Origin: Eledone cirrhosa
Taxonomy: Eukaryota
Length of the DNA: 64,000 nt
NCBI GenBank assembly: GCA_964016885.1
Contig: OZ024747.1
Location: 67,332,001 to 67,396,000, forward strand
Direction: 5' to 3'
A program made the translations under genes and the position numbers. Positions 55,146 through 64,000 of this stretch are shown here, piece after piece; the first letter of the stretch is position 1, and every line of letters begins with the position of its first letter. Below the pieces are notes generated by a model. That model was not told the origin of the DNA, made no database searches, and worked only from the letters and a program-made list of their open reading frames with translations.

Positions 55146-57353
55146 TGTCGGGGAGAAGTGTGTACTTAATGATGATGGTGTACTTGCCATCACTGACTCT
55201 GATAAGAAGGTAGCTTGGAAGTGTCACTACGAAAGGCTACTAAATGAGGTGAATAAATGGGAGAAAGACAGTCTGCCCCACATCGATCCAATAGAGGGAA
55301 CAGCAGTGCAAGTTGAAGGTAGTATAATAAGTAAGGCAATCAAAGATATGAAGACGGGTAAGGCGGCTGGGCCTTCGGAAATATTTGCTGAAATGCTGAA
55401 AAGATCTGGAACAGTGGGACACACTATGGTCACCCGGATAGTAAACCAAGTCATACAGAATGGGGTTGTTCCGAAGGACTGGCATAGCAGCATCATCATT
55501 AACTGCTACAAGGGTAAAGGAGATGCCCTAGATAGGGGTAACTATAGAGGCATTAAATTAATCGACCAGGTCATGAAGGTCACAGAAAAAGTAATAGTGC
55601 AACTAATCAGAGAACGAATTGATCTAGATGAAATGCAGTTCCGGTTTGTGTCAGGTAAAAGTACCACAGACACTCTTTTCATTGTACGACAACTACAGGA
55701 GAAGTACCTAGCTAAAAGTAAACCCCTATACCTAGCTTTTGTTGACTTGGCGAAAGCTTTTGACAGAGTCCCCCGCTCCATTATCTGGTGGGCTCTTAGA
55801 AAACTAGGTGTTGATGAATGGCTTGTGAGAGCTATACAAGCCATGTATAAAGAAACAGTCAGCAAGGTTAGAATTAACAACGAATATAGTGAAGAGTTTA
55901 GCGTAAAAGTTGGTGTTCATCAGGGCACTGTTCTTAGCCCCCTACTATTTATTATTGCCCTTCAGGCTATAACAGAGGAGTTCAAGACCGGCTGCCCATG
56001 GGAACTCCTATACGCAGATGATCTAACGCTCATAGCTGAATCAATGGCTGAACTAGAGAAGAAATTCCAAACATGGAAGCATGGTCTAGAATCAAAAGGC
56101 CTTAAAGTTAACTTGTCTAAGACTAAAGTTCTAGTTTGTAGGAAGGAAAATAGGGCACCGGTCCCATCTGGGAAATGGCCATGCTCAGTGTGTAGGAAAG
56201 GCGTAGGTAGAAACTCCATTTTATGTCCCAAATGCAAAGTATGGGTGCATAAAAGATATAGTGGGATCACAGGTAAGCTAACTAAGAATATAGATTTTAT
56301 ATGTGGCCGGTGCTCTGGTGCAATAAGTAGCAGCAAATACCCACAAAATACTAGCTCATTCCATTGCACAGATGGTTCTATAGAAATAGTGGACACCTTC
56401 CATTACCTGGGTGACAAAATCAGCAGTGGGGGAGGGTGCTCTGAAAGTAAAGTAGCTAGAGTCAGAACGGGATGGAAAAAGTTCAGAGAGCTTATACCAC
56501 TATTGGCCGCTAAAGGGTTCTCTCTAAAAATGAAAGGCAGGCTGTATGATGCCTGCATACGAACAGCAATGTTACATGGCAGTGAGACCTGGGCATTGTG
56601 TGCAGAGGATATACGCAGACTGGAGAGGAACGAAGCTTGCATGCTCCGCTGGATGTGTAATAGTAATATACGTGAACGGCAAAGCATAACCAAACTAAGG
56701 GAAAAATTAGGAATAAGAGGGATCAGATGCTGTTTACTCCAGAGAAGAATACGTTGGTATGGTCACGTGATGCGCATGAAAGACGACAGCTGTATAAAAA
56801 AGTGCAGGGCGATAAAAATAGACGGTAGCCACAGATTAGGCAGACCCAGAAAAACCTGGGACGACTTGATAAATTCCAACCTCACACACTTACACCTCTC
56901 CAAGACAATGTCACTGGACCGAGATATTTGGCGCTACACAGTAATACAGAAGACCCGCCTTGCCTAAGTACAAAGTGAAACCTACAGTCAGTAGGCACCT
57001 CTAACAAAAATACACCCTGTCCCACTACCCCCACCCCATCCACACCACCCCTTCAATGTGAACTTATGTTGGTACCACAACATCCAGTCTGAAACAAATG
57101 AGGTCGTGTAGGTGTCACGACAAAAAAACACACAGTCCCACGCTGTAATGTCGCCGTGTAGATAACATGGTAAAAACCTCCCAGTCCACACTGTAAACGT
57201 GGTTGGTGTTAGGAAGGGCATCCAGCTGTAGAAAACCCGCCAAACAGTCCTATACGAACAGGACAACCAATCTTGCCTCAAGTGGGAAAACTCCCGTCCA
57301 AACTCATGCAAGCGTGGAAGATGGACGTTAAACGATGATGATGATGATGATGA
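55146..57353 (+). mobile_element. RTE-clade LINE, 5'-truncated, with an open RT ORF (55249-56967) and (GAT)n tail
   Basis: Motifs GNYRGIKL, FVDLAKAFDRV, GVHQG..LSPLLF, LYADD, FHYLG, WYGHVMR, GRPRKTW. No endonuclease domain. 3' UTR ends ggacgttaaac(gat)n. Confidence 0.93.
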
Positions 57354-57439
57354 TATATATAAGGATAAAGATATATGAATATATATATATACACACATAG
57401 ATATACACACAGACACACATATATGTGTGTGTGTATATC

Positions 57440-57640
57440 ATCATCATCATCATCATTTAACGGCCATTTTCTGCACTAGCATGGGTAGGACGGGCTGTCC
57501 CATTGTGAGAGATCCAGGCCGAAGGACCATGTTTTGCTCACACAGAACTGATTTTGGCTTGGTTTCTATGGCTGGATGTCCTTCCTAATGCCAACCCCAT
57601 TTACAGTGTGTGCTGGGTGCTTTTTGTCATGACACCTACA
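57440..57640 (-). mobile_element. SINE B or RTE 3'-tail fragment, inverted relative to the adjacent RTE tail
   Basis: gctggatgtccttcctaatgccaacc and (cat)n. Confidence 0.6.
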
Positions 57641-57877
57641 TATATATATATATATATATTTGGAAGACAAGTGTGGTTTATTTGGCAGGAGTCATTAATA
57701 CAGATTGGCATTCGGTTTAAGGTGTTTGCTGAGTGTTTGTGGACTGATTGGAGCAATAACGGTCTTATTTACGCATATATATATATATATGTAAAAGGTA
57801 AACAGAAATAACAACACAATCGGTACAGTATATGGAAGGAATATATTAGGTTAACGTTTGAAATAGCAGGATGAGGG

Positions 57878-57913
57878 TCTTAACATTTCGGATGCTAGTC
57901 CTTCATCAGAAGA
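57878..57913 (-). ncRNA. Minimal type I hammerhead ribozyme motif (Penelope pLTR relic)
   Basis: Minus strand reads tctt-CTGATGA-agga-ctagca-tcc-GAAA-tg-TT-aaga; stem I is tctt/aaga. Confidence 0.6.
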
Positions 57914-58126
57914 AAGAATAAGAAATTAGAAAGATTGAAGGGATGAGTGGGGTGGAATTGGAAAATATGTTTTTAGAGAAAAATAACAGGTCGATTCATG
58001 CTGCCATCTCTTAGAAAACTGTTGATGCTGGCGTTTTGTGTATGATATACTTTTTTAAAAAAGTGAATGATGGAGCGCGTCTACCTGAACTGGAAAAAAG
58101 AAACGTTTTGCATATAGAGCTATACT

Positions 58127-58211
<85 letters not shown>

Positions 58212-58379
58212 GTGCATGTGTGTAATAGATGTTTTATTAACTTCTACATGCTACCTCCTTAAACTCCATTATAAATGAACAGAAATATACAATGGGTATC
58301 TTATGATGGAACTTTTCTCTCTCCCACTGTCTCCCTTCTTCTCTCTCTCTCTCTATCTCTCTCTCTCTCTCTCTTTTTC

Positions 58380-58429
<50 letters not shown>

Positions 58430-58500
58430 TAACTGTGAATCTAGAGTGTCTAATTGAGAAAGGTGCACTCATCCATCACACTAGAATCACCAACTCCCAG

Positions 58501-58564
<64 letters not shown>

Positions 58565-58764
58565 TCTCTTTCTCTCTGTTTTGCTCTGTGTATATATATA
58601 TATATTTCATCACTATAACAATAGCTTCTGCTCCATGGAATTTCATTTAAGGTAAGGTATGTGCCACCCCGTCCCTACCCAACCTGATTAACCCACTTCT
58701 CTTCCTTTCACCATTTCTACAGCAAAAATGTGCACTATATAATAGGTGGCAAACTGAGTCTACA

Positions 58765-59000
58765 GCTGAGAATGTTCACATAGATATAGGTACAGGTACT
58801 AGGTCTGAGAATCTTCACATAGATATAGGTACAGGTACTAGGTCTGAGAATCTTCACATAGATATAGGTACAGGTACCAGGTCTGAGAATCTTCACATAG
58901 ATATAGGTACAGGTACCAGGTCTGAGAATGTTCACATAGATATAGGTACAGGTACTAGGTCTGAGAATGTTCACATAGATATAGGTACAGGTACCTGGTC
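58765..59000. repeat. 39-bp minisatellite, about 6 copies
   Basis: Unit ctgagaatcttcacatagatataggtacaggtactaggt. Confidence 0.95.
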
Positions 59001-59345
59001 TTTGAATATGATTTATTAATATTATATTTAAAGTGTCAGTATTTTTCTGACTCTCTACTCTTCGAGTTCAAATCCCACCAAGATCAATTTGCCTTTCATT
59101 CTTGTATGGTCTTAAAATAAAGAACTAGTCCAAGGACGGGGAACTGGAGGAATTGTGAAAGAGTCTGAAAGGCTACTTTGCGGTATCTGTTCTGATTCTG
59201 TGTATTCTAAGTTCAAATCCTGACTCCTGTCAATTGAAAAGTGCTGATACTTCTGTCAATAGTTGCAACTGATATTATCAGCAATGGCATTACCAATGGA
59301 AACATTGTTTGCTTGGTCTAATCAGAATATTGGCTTCTTTCTTAC

Positions 59346-59421
59346 CTTTCTTTGACTGTTCTCCACTTCAGAGGAGAGGTTAACATTTATGTTACCAAAC
59401 CATCTGAAACCACTTCTGGTT
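59346..59421 (-). CDS. Probable internal coding exon (TRSGFRWFGNINVNLSSEVENSQRK)
   Basis: Acceptor ttttctattgtag| and donor AAG|gtaag. The 76 nt are open and end in phase 0, compatible with the 31407 exon. Confidence 0.5.
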
Positions 59422-60462
59422 CTACAATAGAAAACTGTTTCTTTTAAAATGTTTATATTATAATTTCCTTTAAGAACTTGTTAAGTAATGTTTCAAACAC
59501 CAGTTTAATGAGAAGAAAGGTAGTTATATTACTAAATTTCTTCAAACTTTTGATTATTTTCAAAATTGTTAGAAAATCATAGCCAGTCTTTCATTAGATA
59601 TATGGTAAATAATGAGTTTAAATTAGGCTGTGTTTTTATTAGAAAAATGATAATGAAATGGTTAAACAAAGATTCCTGGAAAAAACAAAATAGACAGCAA
59701 TCAATGAAATAATGTGTAATCTCACCAAAATTCAATCAATTCCAAGCTTTGCCAAAATTGAAAACAAAACGCAAATCAGTTTACAGATAAATTGCACCAC
59801 ATGAATTATTTATTTGTATAAAGTCTTTATTGAAATTATTTTAGTTGAAATAGTTCATATTTTTTGGCAAAAGTCCAAAAAGCTGTTTTTCATTTTTTTT
59901 TTTTTTTCTGAAATACATTTAGCAGAACCAAGACAATATAGGGTAATGAGGATTCTTTGGTCCTATCAAAGACTTGACAACTTTTCTAGTACTGGTGCCA
60001 CAATAAAATGTACATTGTACATTCTGTAAAGGGTAGTGCTAGTTCCTCTATAAAATGTACCCAGTACACTCTGTAAAACTCAAATGCATCAAGAACATTC
60101 TGTAAAGAGTTTGGCATTAGAAAGGACATCCAACTCTAGTAAACAACGCAAATATAGAACATAGGCCTTCTCTAGATAAATGAAAGTTAGATGTACAGAT
60201 TTGCTCTAAGGTAGGAACTTCTCTTGCAGTTGTGTAACTAACAAGAAGACATCTGTAGTACTTTTCTGAGGCACAAAACTGAACAACATCTAACCTAGTT
60301 TAACCTATTAGTTGTGCTAGAATTCTTACTGACACTTTCATTACTTGGTTTATTATTTGAATGCCCCTGTAGTTGCTCCTCTCTAGTGCATCACCTATTC
60401 GCTTGTAGAAATTAATAAGTATACTGCTGTGTCAGTCATTAGGTATGATTTATCTTGTTTAA

Positions 60463-61064
60463 CCCTTTAACATTTAAATTACTCTATATATACCAGAAGA
60501 CACACGACCGTGACTTCTGGCGTCACGCAGTAATACAGGGTACCCGACCTCCCATGGGTACATGCTGAAGCATATAAACAATATCCCCCCCCCCCACCGC
60601 AAGGTGGTCGTGGAGGTGCCACGGCAAAAAAGCACCCAGCCCACACTGTAAAGTGGACGTGTAGGCGCCACGAAAAAGCACCCAGCACTCACTGTAAATG
60701 AGGTTGGTGTTAGGAAGGGCATCCAGCTGTAGAAATCAAGCCAGATCAGTTCCTGTATGAGCAAGGCATGGTCAGCCGACCAGACACTGCCCACAACAGG
60801 ACAACCCGTCTAACCCATGCTAGCGTGGAAGAACGGACGTAAAACGGTGATGATGATGATAATGATGATGATACTATTGTATTTTCGTGGTAAAGGAATT
60901 ATCTTACATAATTATCTCATATAATATCTATTCTATGAGAATTTTTTATTATTTATTTTGAGAACAATACCTTAATTCAAGTATGAGCAGCCGGTTGCAG
61001 CTAGTTTGAACAGAAAGAGGTGAGAGAATTCTGGCCCAATACAGCTGGTTTAAATGTTAAAGGG
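60463..61064. mobile_element. piggyBac-like MITE with a nested SINE-like segment
   Basis: TTAA TSDs on both sides; 16-bp TIRs ccctttaacatttaaa / tttaaatgttaaaggg. Confidence 0.75.
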
Positions 61065-61149
61065 TTAATCTTATTGACTATACAGGTGACTAGTTCAACT
61101 CCTACTTCCCTAGATGCTTTTAGCATCTTTAGCATTCTTCATCTCCTGA

Positions 61150-61350
61150 CCCTATAACTATCACATTCATCAACCTTCCATAGTTGCATTTCCAGGCCTC
61201 TTTCTTTTGAGCATCAGCAATGTTAAGTGCACCAGTATTATTTCTAACACAGTTTTCCCCCAACAACATCGTGATTCACACATACACACTGCCTTGTTTT
61301 GCCGAACACCTCTCGTCTTTGATCTTCACCTTGTAAGACATTGACAAACC
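61150..61350 (-). mobile_element. RTE LINE fragment
   Basis: Translates DVVGENCVRNNTGALNIADAQKKEAWKCNY, matching the start of the 55146 element. Confidence 0.65.
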
Positions 61351-61354
61351 TCTT

Positions 61355-61390
<36 letters not shown>

Positions 61391-61447
61391 CAAATATACA
61401 TATATGTATATATATATAATATATATATAATATATATATATATATAA

Positions 61448-61779
61448 TCATCATCTTTTTACGTCCGCTTTTCCCTGCTTGCAAGGGTGGGACGGGAACT
61501 TATTCTGGCTTGATTTCTACAGCTGGATGCCCTTCCTAACACCAACCTCATTTACAGTGAGTGCTGGGTGCTTTTTTACGGTGGCACCTCCACGACCACT
61601 TTACAGTGGAATGATATGGACCCCAGTCCTTATCATCTCATTTCTACAGCTGAGTAAACTGGAGCAATGTGAAATAAAGTGTCTTGCTCAAGGAAACAAC
61701 ACATCACCCGGTCTGAGAATTGAACTCACAACCTTTCGATTGCAAGGCCAATGCTCTAACCACTAAGCCATGTGCCTCC
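61448..61779 (-). mobile_element. Full-length tRNA-derived SINE, family B (CORE-like body, RTE-type tail)
   Basis: A box tggcttagtgg, B box gagttcaattct, body ccttgagcaagacactt, tail ggttggtgttaggaagggcatccagctgtagaaa..ggacgtaaaaa(gat)n. Confidence 0.85.
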
Positions 61780-61853
61780 ATAATATATATATATGATATA
61801 TATATGATAGATATATGTGTGTGTGTGTGTGTGTGTATGCGCGTGCGCACGTG

Positions 61854-61892
<39 letters not shown>

Positions 61893-62466
61893 GCGTGTGT
61901 GTATGTATAATACACAACTGTAGATTTGTTGAAGTTTGGTGAAGAAACTATGTATTATGTAGTGCATCCATAAAACAAGGTGTTATGTAGTATTAGTGAT
62001 AAAGCATCACCTAGCCAGGCTACATATTTAGTAAACCAATAAGAGTTTATATTGTGTTAAACCTAATTTATCATCACTTTAATCCAACATTGTGTTACTG
62101 ACACAGTGAAAGTACATTACTTTCTTTATTGATCGCAGAGAAAAAATAATACAAGAAACTACATAGGTATGCTCCTGTATTATTATAAAGAGATTAGAAT
62201 CAAGCAAATCACATGTCTTCTGTGAAAATATCTTATCCACTCATTTCTCCAAGCATCTAAGCACTTAACCCTTATGTTACCATATTTCTTATGAAAGACA
62301 CTGCCTTTGATTTTTTATTTAATCTTGAAAATAATGAAGAATTTTTAGAGATTTAGTAATATAAGATATTTAGAACAGGTTTACAGTTTAACCCTTTCAT
62401 TAAAGTATAGCTAATGAAAAGCAGTAGTTCTGATTTTCAAATAATTTTGAAAATAAGCGAAAATTT

Positions 62467-62638
62467 TGATGATGATGATGATGATGATGTTGATGTTGGG
62501 GATGATGATGATGATGACGATGACGACGACGACGACGACGACGACGAAGAAGAAGAAGAAGAAGAAGAAGAAGAAGAAGAAGAAGAAGAAGAAGAAGAAG
62601 GAGTGTGGAGGAGCAGGAGGAGGAGGAGGAGGAGGAGG
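62467..62638. repeat. (GAT)(GAC)(GAA)(GGA) compound trinucleotide tract
   Basis: Direct reading. Confidence 0.9.
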
Positions 62639-64000
62639 TATTAAAAGTCCATGACATGGCAACTTACCCATCCAATAGTTGATTAAACAATTAAATGGCC
62701 ATTTACCTAATTGCTAAAGTTCTTTCATCACATGTTCAACGACCTTATCAATGACATTTTGCCCTCTCTGTCATAACCTGGCCTCTATCCTACTTCATTT
62801 TTTCCCTTTTAAAATACATTAGTTCATAGCCAAAAGAAAAAAATTGTTGGAGTATGCTAAAGGTTTCAAGCAGTTTCAAATGGTTTTGATTGGTTTAAGT
62901 GGTTTGCTATCAAACGGGTTAAAAATAGGATATCTATGAAGTAATAAATACACAAGTCCTTAGCAGAAGACAAGCTAATGAATACTGAGTTTGTTATATC
63001 AGTGACCTTCAACCTTCAATAAAAACCAGATCATAATCCACAATCCTTCTAGTGATGAGGAGGATAAATGTTAATTCAGTAATGGCTAAATTACACTTTA
63101 ATCAGATTAACTAAACCCATCCTGCTGTCTGTCTCACATCACAACTTCTTTAATCCATTAATCTCATGCAGTCTGATTTTCAACAAATTTCACAACACTG
63201 CTCTATAAAAAGCTGCATTAACTCTATATTAATTATAAACACTGACTGTTTGTTTTCACTGAGAAAGCTAAACCGATTGTTGATCTTGTAAGTGTTAGCT
63301 TAGTACTAATTCTTTAATAACCTGCAGTGGAAAATACTTCCAGCATTGTTGTCGGCTGTCAGCTATCTTCATGACAGTCAAGCTGTTCTCCTTTTGCAGC
63401 CAAACAACATTTTACATCTCTGTATGCACACCAACACATCAGTTACATACAAAAGTTAGTTATATTATCAAATCCATCCAAATTCTTTATTATTTTTAGC
63501 ATGATTTGAAAATCATAGGCAGTGTCTTTCATTGGAAATATAGTAATGGAAGTACTACATTTCAATGATATATTAACTCCTAAAATCCGCTACTACAGAA
63601 ATGATATTGGGACCCCAAAAATTCAGTGCTTGAGCCTTTCGATCTACAGAAATGTTAAAAGAAGCTAGTGATGTCAAAACAAACATAATAATATATAGAC
63701 ACCCAAAAATTCCAGAAGTTCAGTCATATAGGGAGTCCACAGCTATTTCAGTGATATAGGGTCCACTAGAGTCAAGTAATTCAGTGATATAGGGGCCTTT
63801 AAAGGGTCCACTATTATCTCAGTGAGATAAGATTACTTAAGGGCAGTAGTTCAACTTTTTGTTCTATAGATGTACTACAAGAAGCTGATGTTGTCTCTGT
63901 AGGAGAGATAGTCTAACTGCACATAATTATAAAGATACCCCTAAGTGATAAAGATACCCCTAGTGATAAAGATACCCCTAGGTCCAGTATTTCACTGATA

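Noticed and set aside
60330-60400. Exon-like segment with a gtaag donor (GDALERSNYRGIQIINQVMKVS)
   Set aside because: It matches the RTE RT motif GDALDRGNYRGIKLIDQVMKV, so it is a TE fragment.
61700-61779. tRNA-like sequence with A and B boxes (also at 15962, 46910, 51870)
   Set aside because: These are SINE heads that run into SINE bodies and have no complete cloverleaf.
63320-63420. Exon-like minus-strand segment near the window end
   Set aside because: Stops occur in all frames after the candidate acceptor and the donor is weak; it may be a TE relic or a UTR exon and cannot be supported.

Overview
This is an AT-rich, microsatellite-dense eukaryotic window; the SINE/LINE repertoire suggests an octopus-like cephalopod (inference). 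The one clearly identifiable host gene is a minus-strand methyl-end (omega-x) fatty acid desaturase with a single coding exon (24791-25897, three His boxes), a splice acceptor just before its ATG and a polyA signal. Two exon-like segments (59346-59421 and 31267-31407) suggest a second, unidentified minus-strand gene whose last intron may span about 28 kb. Most of the rest is mobile DNA: a near full-length but frameshifted Tx1/L1-clade LINE, a decayed Penelope element (RT plus GIY-YIG), a 5'-truncated RTE LINE with a PHD-like zinc finger inside its RT, fragments of RTE, CR1 and RLE-type LINEs, two tRNA-derived SINE families, non-autonomous Helitrons, piggyBac- and Tc1-like MITEs, and several mini/microsatellites. 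Notable observations: (i) a 2.4-kb non-coding element bounded by 248-bp inverted repeats, each carrying a hammerhead-ribozyme-like motif, plus other hammerhead relics; (ii) a 39-nt intron-like spacer whose removal would fuse Tx1 ORF1 and ORF2 in frame; (iii) a (TA)n-bounded cassette present in both orientations next to the same flank; (iv) near-identical inverted elements bracketing the desaturase; (v) a SINE sharing its 3' tail with the RTE LINE. All calls were made by eye, without searches.
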